Shown: one piece after another, positions 19,276-29,334 of the stretch | Position numbering within the stretch: position 1 is the stretch's first letter | Layout: each line of letters starts with the position of its first letter | IMG/VR virus record: IMGVR_UViG_3300049563_000031 | Coordinates: 1-49,987 of that record | Length of the DNA stretch: 49,987 nt | Reading direction: 5' to 3' (one strand) | DNA from: a virus | Taxonomy: Duplodnaviria > Caudoviricetes | Translations under genes and position numbers: made by a program | Notes under the pieces: generated by a model | What the model was told of the DNA's origin: nothing | Databases searched by the model: none | The model's input: the letters and a program-made list of their open reading frames with translations, nothing else

Positions 19276-22200
19276 ATGCCGGACGGGACTACCAAATTCA
19301 ACATCGTCCCCGATCCGCTGCCGCAAGCGGCATCGGGCGCGTTTGACATCACGCCGGACCCGCTGCCGCAGGCGGCGCCAGGGGCGTTCAACGTCGTCCC
19401 CGATCCGTTGCCGCAGGCGGCGCCAGGGGCGCTGGATGTGGCGGTTCCGCCGCCGCCATTTCCCGGGGCGATCCCGTCACTGTCGGCTACGATAGCGCCT
19501 ACGCCGACGCCTCTCCCGCCGACAGCTTTTCAGGACCCGTCGATACCTGCGTTGTCTCCAGTCGCGGCAGTGCCGGCTACAGCGCCTGTTGTCTCGAGCG
19601 CCGCGTCGAGCACGCCGCTCCCGCCGACAGCTTTTCAGGACCCCTCGATCCCGGCCTCTCCACCAAATGCGCCGGCCGCGGGCGATCCGTATCAACAGGC
19701 GTTTGGCTTTGAGCCGCAGAAGCCGGGACAAGGATTTATCCCAGGACTACAGGCGGGCGGCGCCGCTTCGATCCGCCAGGGCGTCCAGACTGCCACGGGA
19801 CAAGCTTTCACTCTCGACCCGAACGCACCGCAAGAACCGCAAGACCCGGGGTTCTTCTACAAGCTGGGTCATGGTGTCGGTTACTCCTGGCCGGTGGTTG
19901 GAGCGGGCATCGCCGGCGGCGTGGTCGGCGGCGCGACGATGGGGCCGTGGGGCGCGATGGGCGGTAGCGCGCTCGCTGTCGCGGTAACGGCCGCGGCCCA
20001 AGACCTGGCGCCGGCTTACGCCGCTGCGCGTGCTCGCAACATGGATCACGACGCCGCGGTCAACTACGCGATCGTCCATGCCAGCGCCACCGGCGGCATC
20101 ATGGGGCTGACCGCACCAGCCTTTATGCTGTCTCCCTTAAAGACCGCGGTGGGCAACACCCTTCTGCACATCTTCGGGACCGCGCCCCTGGCCGGCGCCG
20201 CAGTCCGCGCCGGGGTCCCGGCCGTCATGGGCGAGCCGCAACCGAGCGCCGGGGAGTTTATCGAGGGCGCCGCCCAGGATGTCCTGATGGGCACCGGGTT
20301 TGCGGCGGGACATGCTGCCGGGCGAGAGCTTGCACGGCCCGGGCCGCCGGGACCCGAGATCTTGCCGCCCGAACAGTCGGGCGGCCGGCGCGAGCCGCCG
20401 CCGCTGCGCGAACCGCCGATGGGTCCCACCATCGAGCATTATCAAATGTTGGAAGGCCCCCCGGCGTCCCGAGAGGCTCCGGCCGAGCCGCCGCCAACGC
20501 GCGGACCACCGCCAGGTCCAGGCCCCATCATCGAGCATGAGCCGACTGTCGAGACACCGCCCGCACCTCCGCCACCGCCGGTCACCCCGGGCGGCGTCGA
20601 AGTGGCGACGATCGAAGCGCGTCCTACAGCCCCAGAGCCGCCCGCAGAGCCGCCTGTAGCGTCGGGGATGCCCACGCCTGCCCCGGTGACCCAACCCGCG
20701 CCTACGGCCCTCGCAGAGCCTCCTACGGCCCTCGCAGAGCCTCCTACGGCGACAGTGCAGGTGCTTCCTGCGGGACAACCTGCTACACCGCCTCCCGATG
20801 ACGGATCTGATACCGCCGCCGTACCCGGACAACCGGAGCCTCGCCCAGCGCCTACGCCAAGCGAGGGAGGACCTGAAGGCGTGGTCGGACCCGCAGCACC
20901 GGAACGCGGTGTCGGCGAAGGAGCTGCGGCAGGCGGCCCGCCGGGAGATCAAGGAACTCAGCCGGCAGCTGCGCCGCCAGAGGTAACCCCGCCGGCCAAA
21001 CGTCCGGTCACCCAGAACGAGCTGGCCGATCTCGAAAAGCGCATGTATGCGGCCGAGCGCAAGGCGAACGATGCCGAGCGTGATCCCAGCGTGTCGCCCG
21101 AGAAAGTCGCCGATCTGCGCCAGAAGGCCCAGGCCTTACGCACCGAGTATGACAACTCTCAGGGACCGCCTACTCGCGCGACTTATCTGCGCGGTGGCGG
21201 TCCCACCCAGGCTGAGCACCAGGCCGCGGTCGACGCGCACACCGCGGCGATCGGCGAGCGGATCTACCGCGAGGGCCAGGCACCGACCCCCGAGCCTCGC
21301 AAGGCCGGCGCGGTCTTCAGCATTGGTGGTCCCCGGGACCAGAACGTGGTCCGCGGCACCGACAGCGCCGGGCGCAACTGGGTCGGCAACGGCAACGTCA
21401 TGGTTCATGCCGACGTGCTGCAGCGGGAAGCGAACCAGGCCTCAAAACGATCCACCACGACCCAGCGTCCGGTCGATGCCGCCGCCCTCGACCGGGTCAC
21501 GCAGCCCGACCCGAAAGCCAAATACCAGCCCATCACCTGGGAACGCCAGGTCACGACCGCTGACGGCAAGCAGCTGGTGATCGGGACCCTGCCGGACGGC
21601 ACCCACGTCACCCTGCAGAAGCCGATCTACGACGCGCTCCATAAGGCCGCCGGGCCGAACGGGTCTCTGGTGACGACCAACAAGAAGGACGGCGATCGGG
21701 TCTTTGCGCGGACCACCGACAAATATACCGGGCGGCAGGTCTATACCGGCGTCGGCATGCCGATCAACATCCCGCAGGAGCAGGCGCGAGCCTACGCGCG
21801 GGGACCGGAGAAGACAGCGCCTCCTCCGGCGGCCGCGGTCCCTGCGGACCAGCAGTCCCGACTACAGCGCATGCGGGAGATCGACACCCAGCTAAGCGCA
21901 CTGCATCGTCAGGCAGACGCTGCGAGGGGACAGGCCACTCGGGCCAAGAACGCCGGACAACCTGAGCCGGCGGGCCTCGCTGACCGGCGAGCCGGTCTTG
22001 CTGACCAGATCGCGGCTCTCGAAAAAGAACGTGCAACCCTCGCTCAGGCCAACATAGGAACCCCCGCCGAGGGACTGACCACTGAGCCTGACCATGTTGT
22101 CCCTGACCAACACGTCGCAAAGGACGCGCAAGGCGAGGTGGTCGGCAAGGGTCCGACGCCTGAAGCGGCGCTGGCGGATGCTCGTGGAGAAGTGGTCCCG

Positions 22201-25200
22201 GGACAAGTCGAGGCGCCTGGGACCACTCCGGCAGAGACAGCTGCTCCCCTTGCCGCCTCGGGTGAAACCCCTACGGGAAAAACCCCGCAGCAGGTCCAGC
22301 TCGATAAGCTCACCGCGACACGTGACGAGCTGGCTCGCCCGGGCCGGGTCCGTACCCCGGCCGAAGAACGTAAACTTACCGCGCTCAACCGCCAGATCGA
22401 GAACTTGCGCCGCAGCCAGGGCATCAAAGAGGAGCCTGCTGCCGCGGAAGCTGACGCCGTTACCGAGGCAGATCGGGGCGGCGGCCCGCGCCGCGCCGGC
22501 ATAAAGCAGCCCTTTCAGGGACCGCCCCGGGTCGGCCGGCCAAAAGACTTCATCGATTACAAATTTAACGACGGCAACAGTGTCTACGACGATGTTTTCC
22601 TACCCGGACAGCGCAGCCTGCCCATAAAGCAGCAGAGCCAGATCCTCGCCAACCACATGAAGACAAAGTTTGGCTTTACCGATGTCACCGTGGTCGGTGC
22701 CAAAGGACGGGAAGCCACGTCGGTCGACCACAAGAACGCGGTCGACGCGATGCTCGACATGACCCGGGCGATGCAGGACATGACGGGGAGCCTGGGGCTG
22801 CCCCACACCGCCGCAAGCGATAGCGGCAACCTCCGTCTGGAAATCGTCCCCGAAGGCAAGACTAACTATTATGGGCAGTATGAGCACAGCGGCGTCATCC
22901 GGGTGGTTGGTGGCGCGAACTCCTTTGGTCATGAGTGGATACACGCGATCGACCACTTACTGGCCGAGCGGTTCACCAACAATCCCAAGGTGATGAACGA
23001 CCTACTGACGCGCTACGGCAGGAACAGCGGTCTCGATACCAGCGATAACGTACAGGCTGCCGTTGCCAAGCTCATCAACACGATGTTCTACGAGGACGCG
23101 GCGCTGGCGGCGCGCAGGTTGTCCCTGGAGGTCGATGCCGCCAAGGTGGACAAGAACGGTAATCCTACGAAACAGGCCTTAGCCGCTCGGGACCAGCTCG
23201 ACCTCCTGGCAGGCGGCGGCTCTAAGCTGCGCATCGACGCCAGCGAGTTCCGCAAGCAGAGCGCGGCACTTCAGCCATCCAAGGCGGCCTATTGGGCCAG
23301 CGTGCATGAGATGTTGGCGCGATCGGGGGAAAGCTATATCGCGCGCAAGATGCGGCAGAACGGCGTCGACCCGCGCGGTGTCGTGATGCCGGACGAAGCT
23401 TACAGCAACATGATCGACCGTCAGCTCAGGATGGCCTACCCGAAGGAGGCCGAACAGATCGCGATCGATGCTGCCTGGGACGAAGTCTTCGCCGCGATGC
23501 GCGACGAGCAGATCCTGGACAAGGGTCAGCCGGCCGGGGCCTTGGGTAATTACGGCATCAGCGACCCGAACCGCTGGAAAGTCTCGGCGCCGGGCGCCGG
23601 CCGGACTTCATTGGGCAAGATCATCAAGACCGAGATCGACCGTGTCCGCAACCTGACGCGCAAGGATCTCCTGGATAAGATCGGGTTGAACGAGGAGGAC
23701 CGGCCAGGCGCGATCAACCGCTGGCCGACCCGCGCGATGGACGGCTTCCGCACCTTCCTGGTGTCAAATGGCGGCATGCAGCGGGTCATCATCGCCCGTG
23801 CCCCGGAGGCGGCGCAGAAGATCCTGCAGCCGATCCATGACAGCCTAACCAGCCGGCCTGGCACGAGTAAGTACACGCCGGAAAACTTCGAGGAAAAGGT
23901 ACGCGACCGGACGCGAGGGTGGACGCACCAGTACGGCAACATGCAGATCAATGCCGGCTACGACCCGTCCTTCAACAAGATGACCGCCGAAGAAGGACAG
24001 ATGCTGCGGCATCATCTGGTCACCGGCGAGCAGCGCATGCCGGTCGATCCGCTTGACCCCACCCAGGGAACCGTGCCGATCCCGCAAAAGATTGTCGAGC
24101 TGTCCGACAATGTGCGCGGGCTGATGAACCGGGTGTGGCGGGCCAGCTACGATGCCGGCCTCGACATTGGCTACGCCAAGAACGGTTTTTTTCCGCGGAT
24201 GTACGATCGTTACAGAGCTGCCTGGGAGCCAGCCAAGTTCAAGACTGCCGCCCGGCAGCTCTACGGGAAGATGTTTGACGACGAGATCGGGACCCCCGGG
24301 GACGACCCGCAGGCTCTCTCGGAGAAGTGGACCAGTCTGCCACGCGAAACCCGCAGCCTGACCACCGATCCGAACCTAAAGACGCAGATGGCCGAGCTGG
24401 GCAAAAACCTGCGGCGGCAGCGCCAGATCGAGGAGAACCCCAACCCGACCCCGGCCGAACAGACTGAACTGCGCGCCCTTAAAGGCCAGGCCCAGCAGCT
24501 GGCAATCGACGCGCATGACGCCCTGAAAGACCTGATCGCCAACGTCAACAGCGACAACTGGCACGCTAATCTGGTGGGCGGCGAACTCAACGATTTTGGC
24601 ACCGGAGTTCCGACCGGCAAATACCTCAACGCGCGGGTCCTGCCGCCGGAAGCCGACATCATCATGCGCGACTTCATGTACACCGACCCAAATGTCGCGA
24701 TCCCGGCCTATTTCCACTCGGTGGCGCGGCGTACCGCCCGGGCCGAGCTGTTTGGCGCAAACGACGAGGTCCTAAAAGACGCAGAGCAGAAACTCAGCCG
24801 CATCGAGGGCATGGACGGCGAGGATACGTCGAAGTTCTTTACCTTGGTCAACGACGTTATGGGGCGGACCAATATCGGCGGCTGGAACCGCTTTCTGCAG
24901 ACCCCGCACAACGCGATCCTGAACGCCGCCAATCTGGTCCTGATGGACCGGGCTGTGTGGGCCTCGTTCAGCGAGCCGGTGACCGCGGCGATGGTAACCG
25001 GCGATGTCAAGGCCGGCTTTCGCAATATGTTCTACACGATCCAGCAGCTGGCCGGAACGGCCTCCGCTCACGATCGCACCGCCTTGGCCGAGTTCCTCAA
25101 CATCAACAGCTCGGCGATGCACGACAGCGTCATGCTGTCCCGCATGGGGAGCGATGTCTCCGACAGCATCCGAACCGACAAGCTGCTGGGCAATTTCTAC

Positions 25201-26562
25201 CGGACAACTTTTTTGACCCAAGTCACGAACGGGCAGCGCGCAGCGACCGTAGGGACCAGCAACTGGTTCCTCGGCAAGCTGGGGCAGCTGTACCTGGACC
25301 AGGGGACCAGTAAGAGCGCCGAGCACGGCCGGGAGGATGCCGCGGGCTGGTTTCGCGAGCTGGGCTTGCCCAACGACATCCACAAGGACTTCGCCCAGTG
25401 GATGGTCGATCAGAAAGGTGCGTTGCCGACCCCGGAGATGCTGAGCGCCAGTGTCGCGCGACCGGGCAGCAACATCAACCCGGGGATGGCCGACGCCTAC
25501 AGCCTGGCGATGCGCCGCCTGGTTGACCGGATTATCCAGGACCCGCACAAGGTCGACCGGGCGATGCTATCCGGCCACCCGTTGCTCGGGCTGGGCTACC
25601 AGCTGATGAGCTTTGCCTACAGTTTCCAAAAGAACGTCATCAACCCGGTCGTTGCCCGGATCGAGCAAGCGTTTCACCGCGGCAAGGCGGAAGCCGGCGG
25701 GGGGCCTATCAAGGGTAATCTGCGCGGGATACTCAGCACCACGCCGGTTTTGGTCCACGCGGCGTTGGCCGCGACAGCGATGATTATGACGGCGATGCTC
25801 GGGTCGGTCATCCGGCAGAACCTGTTTGCCCAGGATGAGGTCGAGAAACACCGGAAAGCCGGCGATCTCTATGATTATTATATGGGCCTGGCGGTCTCGC
25901 GCAGCGGTCTCACCGGCGCGGTTGACCCGGTCCTGCAGGCGTTTCAGTCGTTGAGATACAACGGCTCCCTGGCGTCGATGCTACAAGGCGCTTCGATCAC
26001 CTGGTTCGCCAGAAATGTGCAGGCCGCGCTGCAGCCTGTCGCGGGGGAAGGCAGCAAGGATACCAACACGGCGAAATACAACCAGGCTCGGGCCGTCTGG
26101 AACCTGCTCGGGGTGCCGGCCGCGGCGCTCGGTCTGACGGCACTGGGCAGCAGCCTGGGTCCGGTCGGCCGCGGGCTAGCGGGGGCGGCCATGCAATATG
26201 TCACCTCGCCCGCGATGGCAGAACGCTTTGCGACCGTCGTGGCCGGACAAAAAGGGGCTGAGCGGCCGGAGAAGGGCGGCTTCCCCAAAATGCCGGAGCT
26301 GTCGACCGGCCTGCCTAAGATCGGCGAGAAACCGCCGGAGAAGAAGCCCGGCGGCGGCATGTCCAGCTTGAGCGGACTTGTCCCCTGGCTAGACGATATT
26401 GCCATACCGGCGATACGCTATGTCGGGCCTTTGGTTGGCGGTCTGTCCACCCCGGTCAAGGTAGGGTTGGGCGCGGCTGCTGTGGGTTATGGCGCCTACG
26501 ATTTTCTGCGGGACACGGCCGACTTCCGCGGCCAGCCCGCGCCGAAGAAGAAAGCCCAATAA
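19276..26562 (+). CDS. Giant ejection / large polyvalent protein with LPD1-type zincin domain
   Basis: 2428 aa, last late gene; Gly-zipper hydrophobic segments; HEWIHAIDH and YW.S..EM.AR..E.Y; GFFPR.Y; QL.SF.Y.F. Confidence 0.8.
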   Translation: MPDGTTKFNIVPDPLPQAASGAFDITPDPLPQAAPGAFNVVPDPLPQAAPGALDVAVPPPPFPGAIPSLSATIAPTPTPLPPTAFQDPSIPALSPVAAVPATAPVVSSAASSTPLPPTAFQDPSIPASPPNAPAAGDPYQQAFGFEPQKPGQGFIPGLQAGGAASIRQGVQTATGQAFTLDPNAPQEPQDPGFFYKLGHGVGYSWPVVGAGIAGGVVGGATMGPWGAMGGSALAVAVTAAAQDLAPAYAAARARNMDHDAAVNYAIVHASATGGIMGLTAPAFMLSPLKTAVGNTLLHIFGTAPLAGAAVRAGVPAVMGEPQPSAGEFIEGAAQDVLMGTGFAAGHAAGRELARPGPPGPEILPPEQSGGRREPPPLREPPMGPTIEHYQMLEGPPASREAPAEPPPTRGPPPGPGPIIEHEPTVETPPAPPPPPVTPGGVEVATIEARPTAPEPPAEPPVASGMPTPAPVTQPAPTALAEPPTALAEPPTATVQVLPAGQPATPPPDDGSDTAAVPGQPEPRPAPTPSEGGPEGVVGPAAPERGVGEGAAAGGPPGDQGTQPAAAPPEVTPPAKRPVTQNELADLEKRMYAAERKANDAERDPSVSPEKVADLRQKAQALRTEYDNSQGPPTRATYLRGGGPTQAEHQAAVDAHTAAIGERIYREGQAPTPEPRKAGAVFSIGGPRDQNVVRGTDSAGRNWVGNGNVMVHADVLQREANQASKRSTTTQRPVDAAALDRVTQPDPKAKYQPITWERQVTTADGKQLVIGTLPDGTHVTLQKPIYDALHKAAGPNGSLVTTNKKDGDRVFARTTDKYTGRQVYTGVGMPINIPQEQARAYARGPEKTAPPPAAAVPADQQSRLQRMREIDTQLSALHRQADAARGQATRAKNAGQPEPAGLADRRAGLADQIAALEKERATLAQANIGTPAEGLTTEPDHVVPDQHVAKDAQGEVVGKGPTPEAALADARGEVVPGQVEAPGTTPAETAAPLAASGETPTGKTPQQVQLDKLTATRDELARPGRVRTPAEERKLTALNRQIENLRRSQGIKEEPAAAEADAVTEADRGGGPRRAGIKQPFQGPPRVGRPKDFIDYKFNDGNSVYDDVFLPGQRSLPIKQQSQILANHMKTKFGFTDVTVVGAKGREATSVDHKNAVDAMLDMTRAMQDMTGSLGLPHTAASDSGNLRLEIVPEGKTNYYGQYEHSGVIRVVGGANSFGHEWIHAIDHLLAERFTNNPKVMNDLLTRYGRNSGLDTSDNVQAAVAKLINTMFYEDAALAARRLSLEVDAAKVDKNGNPTKQALAARDQLDLLAGGGSKLRIDASEFRKQSAALQPSKAAYWASVHEMLARSGESYIARKMRQNGVDPRGVVMPDEAYSNMIDRQLRMAYPKEAEQIAIDAAWDEVFAAMRDEQILDKGQPAGALGNYGISDPNRWKVSAPGAGRTSLGKIIKTEIDRVRNLTRKDLLDKIGLNEEDRPGAINRWPTRAMDGFRTFLVSNGGMQRVIIARAPEAAQKILQPIHDSLTSRPGTSKYTPENFEEKVRDRTRGWTHQYGNMQINAGYDPSFNKMTAEEGQMLRHHLVTGEQRMPVDPLDPTQGTVPIPQKIVELSDNVRGLMNRVWRASYDAGLDIGYAKNGFFPRMYDRYRAAWEPAKFKTAARQLYGKMFDDEIGTPGDDPQALSEKWTSLPRETRSLTTDPNLKTQMAELGKNLRRQRQIEENPNPTPAEQTELRALKGQAQQLAIDAHDALKDLIANVNSDNWHANLVGGELNDFGTGVPTGKYLNARVLPPEADIIMRDFMYTDPNVAIPAYFHSVARRTARAELFGANDEVLKDAEQKLSRIEGMDGEDTSKFFTLVNDVMGRTNIGGWNRFLQTPHNAILNAANLVLMDRAVWASFSEPVTAAMVTGDVKAGFRNMFYTIQQLAGTASAHDRTALAEFLNINSSAMHDSVMLSRMGSDVSDSIRTDKLLGNFYRTTFLTQVTNGQRAATVGTSNWFLGKLGQLYLDQGTSKSAEHGREDAAGWFRELGLPNDIHKDFAQWMVDQKGALPTPEMLSASVARPGSNINPGMADAYSLAMRRLVDRIIQDPHKVDRAMLSGHPLLGLGYQLMSFAYSFQKNVINPVVARIEQAFHRGKAEAGGGPIKGNLRGILSTTPVLVHAALAATAMIMTAMLGSVIRQNLFAQDEVEKHRKAGDLYDYYMGLAVSRSGLTGAVDPVLQAFQSLRYNGSLASMLQGASITWFARNVQAALQPVAGEGSKDTNTAKYNQARAVWNLLGVPAAALGLTALGSSLGPVGRGLAGAAMQYVTSPAMAERFATVVAGQKGAERPEKGGFPKMPELSTGLPKIGEKPPEKKPGGGMSSLSGLVPWLDDIAIPAIRYVGPLVGGLSTPVKVGLGAAAVGYGAYDFLRDTADFRGQPAPKKKAQ

Positions 26563-26900
26563 AATGAACGGCCCGAACAGACCTCGAACAGGAGAACATT
26601 TAGAGGTGTTAAAATCGCCCACCCGCCTAAAAAACCAGGGCCAAGATCAATGGCTTACGAGGCGCGGGTTTCCCGTTCTGAGGGAGACCGTGCCGACATA
26701 ACTTTCCATATATTTCATCGACTTAACCCTTCTGGTGTAGGGGCCTTGTAGCCGTTGTTGTGCGTTGTTGTGCGTAGTTTGACAAAAAAGGTGTGCCAAT
26801 TAGCCGGCCGGGGGCCGGGGCCTGACCCCAAACCCCCAGCCTTCCTGCGAGGTGTGTAAAATGTTCGACTGGTTTGTCCCCGCCAGGACAAGCATCGGTC
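26563..26900. other. Candidate attP / convergent intergenic region
   Basis: AT-richer gap between convergent operons with GAACA repeats, two IHF-like sites and tandem GTTGTTGTGC. Confidence 0.4.
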
Positions 26901-26901
26901 C

Positions 26902-27384
26902 CTACACCCTACTTATCTGCGGGATGACCAGATAGGCCTGGTCGCCAAACAGCATCTCCTGCGCGTTGGTAAGCGGTGTCAACGTCGGGGTGCCCTCGGC
27001 GTCGATCGTCAGCAGATAAATCTGCTGCGGCGGCTCGGTCTTCTCGGGCCGGGGACGGTTCGTCGGTAAAACGTGGACTGGTTTGGCGGTGTCCATTTCC
27101 TGCTCCTTCTGATGGTCTTTCCGGCTCGCAAAAAACGCTTGCTGCTTGCGGCGCTTCTCGCCGCAAAGGGGGCAGCGGGCCTTGTTTTGGTAGATGACCC
27201 AACCCGCCCGCTCGAAGATCTCACAGATCAACTTCGGGTTTTCTCTCCGGGTCCAGCTGCGGCTCTCGGTGGTGTCGCAGTCACAGCACTCGACGATCAC
27301 CTGTTGACTAAACTTGCCGTCTTCGCCCTTTACCGCTCGGAGGACATAGGGCAGAGGCAAGCCCTGCTTGGCTTTGATGGTCAT
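26902..27384 (-). CDS. Zn-ribbon hypothetical protein
   Basis: CCDC...GW......CPLC; AAGGACACC leader. Confidence 0.65.
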   Translation of the reverse strand: MTIKAKQGLPLPYVLRAVKGEDGKFSQQVIVECCDCDTTESRSWTRRENPKLICEIFERAGWVIYQNKARCPLCGEKRRKQQAFFASRKDHQKEQEMDTAKPVHVLPTNRPRPEKTEPPQQIYLLTIDAEGTPTLTPLTNAQEMLFGDQAYLVIPQISRV

Positions 27385-27414
27385 GGGTGTGGTGTCCTTC
27401 CATGCCGGCGCCTG

Positions 27415-29334
27415 TCAGCCTTTCTGATAGCGGCGGACCACGAACCCTGCGGCGTCGACCGGCAGGCCCGGTGCCCAGGCCGGCGTCTGGCGCATCGTCG
27501 TCAGCAAGCGATCCCGGACCAGCTCTGCTTGGTCCTCGGGGACCTCGGCGATCAGCTCGTCGTGGACGGTGGCGATCAGCGGCACATCGGCGAGCTGTGT
27601 CATCGCCTCGGCCATCACATCGCGAGCGACGGCCTGGGTGATGTTCTCGATTGTCTTCCCGGGCCAGGCGCGCAGCCGCGTCCAGGTGTGACCGAGGGCG
27701 CCCATATAGGTGAACTCGTCGTAGCCCGCGTTGTTTGGCTCGATCCTGGGATGCCGGTAGACGAGGTGCCGACCGCTGGGCAGCCTGATTAAAACCGCCC
27801 CTGACCGATGTATAAGGACCACCCGGCCGACCCGCTCGGTGGCGCCGGGGCCAGCGCGCATGACACGCCTCAGCGCGTGATGGCAGTCGCACCACAACTT
27901 TTCGATCCGGTGGTTCAGCTCCCGCCACCCCATGACGGCTGTCTCGGCCTCGTAGGCATCGAGGACCACGCCATAGCCGAGCGCAGTCATTTGGAACCTG
28001 GTAGGACCCATTCCGAAGCCGCAGGCCAGGACCAGCACTTTGCCCAGCTGGCGGCTGTCCGAGCCGATGGCGTTCGCGGTCGCGATGTAGATGTCCTCGC
28101 CACGGCGGAACACGTCGAGCGCGTCCTCTTGGTTTGCGAGCCAGGCCAGCACCCGGGCCTCGATCTGGCTCAGATCGGCGACCACCAGCCGATGCCCCGG
28201 CCGTGCCATAATCGTCGATCGCAGGCAGCTGGCGATGACGCCGAGGGCGCTGTCCTCGAACAGGAGGGCCAGATCCTCGGGCGAAGCACCGGCCCGGATC
28301 GCCCGCAATGCCGCGGGCACGTCTTTGATGCTGCCGCGAAACAGGTTCTGCGGCTGTAGGCGCCGCCCGGCCCAGCGGCCGGTGCGCGAGGCCCCATAAT
28401 ACTGGAAGGTCCCCCGCACCCGGCCGTCCTGGGAGCGCGCTGAGGTGATGGAAGCCAGTTTGGCAGTGGAGGACCGGGAAGCGTCCAGACGCGCCTGTAG
28501 CGCCGTCCTGGCGGGTCCTGAGAGGGTTGTGCCGAGAAGGGTCTGCACGGTGTTGCGGCGAAGGTCGGGGGTGTCGACGCCCTGGAACGCCAGCCACTGG
28601 CGCAGCTGCGCCACCTGGTTGAGCGATCTCACCTGGCCGTTGGTCAGCCGGACGATCATGTCGGCGAGCTGGTCCCGGGCGACATCCATCAGCTCGGTCA
28701 GTTCCCGGACAAGGACGTGATCGATGCCGAGGCCGCGTTGGTTGATGAGGAAGTCCAGCTCAAAGAGGCACTGCTCGCGCACCGACAGCTCGGGGACCCG
28801 GCGGTCAAGCTCGCGCTCGGCTTCGACATCCTGGGCGCAGTAGTCGCACAGCCGCTTGAACCTCACCGGGTCGGTCTCATGCCACCAGGTCACCGGGTTA
28901 TGGGTCCGCGGTCGCGCGAAGCGCAGCATCAAATCCCGGCCGCCGGCGTCTTTGCGCTGTGATAAACCCAGAGCCTGACCGGCCATCTCAAGGCTGGCCG
29001 GAAGACCCGCCACCAGGCACCGCGCCATCGTGCAGGACCACTGGGACAAGGGGATCGGAGGCCAGCCCAGCGGGACCAGTTTCTGGTGGTATACGTTGGC
29101 CTCGAAAAGGTAGTTGTGCGCGACGATTACCGCACCCTTGCGCACAGCCTCGGCGAAGCGATCGGGCACCGGGCCGGCGAGCCAGGTCTCGACCGCTTCG
29201 TCGTCTATCGCATAACAAAGGACCGTGACCCGTGTGTCGGGGTGCTCGGCGTAGGCATAAGCCCCGGTCTTGCGAAGATCCGCCGTCGAGGTGGTCTCAA
29301 GATCGAGAACGAGGCGATTAAGGCCCCGGTGCAT
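27415..29334 (-). CDS. DNA polymerase family A with 3'-5' exonuclease
   Basis: Exo DLET, AHN..FE, YC.QDV; TGRW; motif A DLSQIEAR, motif B R..GK...LACGFG, motif C VHDE. Confidence 0.95.
   Translation of the reverse strand: MHRGLNRLVLDLETTSTADLRKTGAYAYAEHPDTRVTVLCYAIDDEAVETWLAGPVPDRFAEAVRKGAVIVAHNYLFEANVYHQKLVPLGWPPIPLSQWSCTMARCLVAGLPASLEMAGQALGLSQRKDAGGRDLMLRFARPRTHNPVTWWHETDPVRFKRLCDYCAQDVEAERELDRRVPELSVREQCLFELDFLINQRGLGIDHVLVRELTELMDVARDQLADMIVRLTNGQVRSLNQVAQLRQWLAFQGVDTPDLRRNTVQTLLGTTLSGPARTALQARLDASRSSTAKLASITSARSQDGRVRGTFQYYGASRTGRWAGRRLQPQNLFRGSIKDVPAALRAIRAGASPEDLALLFEDSALGVIASCLRSTIMARPGHRLVVADLSQIEARVLAWLANQEDALDVFRRGEDIYIATANAIGSDSRQLGKVLVLACGFGMGPTRFQMTALGYGVVLDAYEAETAVMGWRELNHRIEKLWCDCHHALRRVMRAGPGATERVGRVVLIHRSGAVLIRLPSGRHLVYRHPRIEPNNAGYDEFTYMGALGHTWTRLRAWPGKTIENITQAVARDVMAEAMTQLADVPLIATVHDELIAEVPEDQAELVRDRLLTTMRQTPAWAPGLPVDAAGFVVRRYQKG

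Noticed and set aside
26691-26718. dif-like CATAA-N6-ATAT arrangement
   Set aside because: Second arm matches XerD consensus poorly and the phage encodes its own integrase
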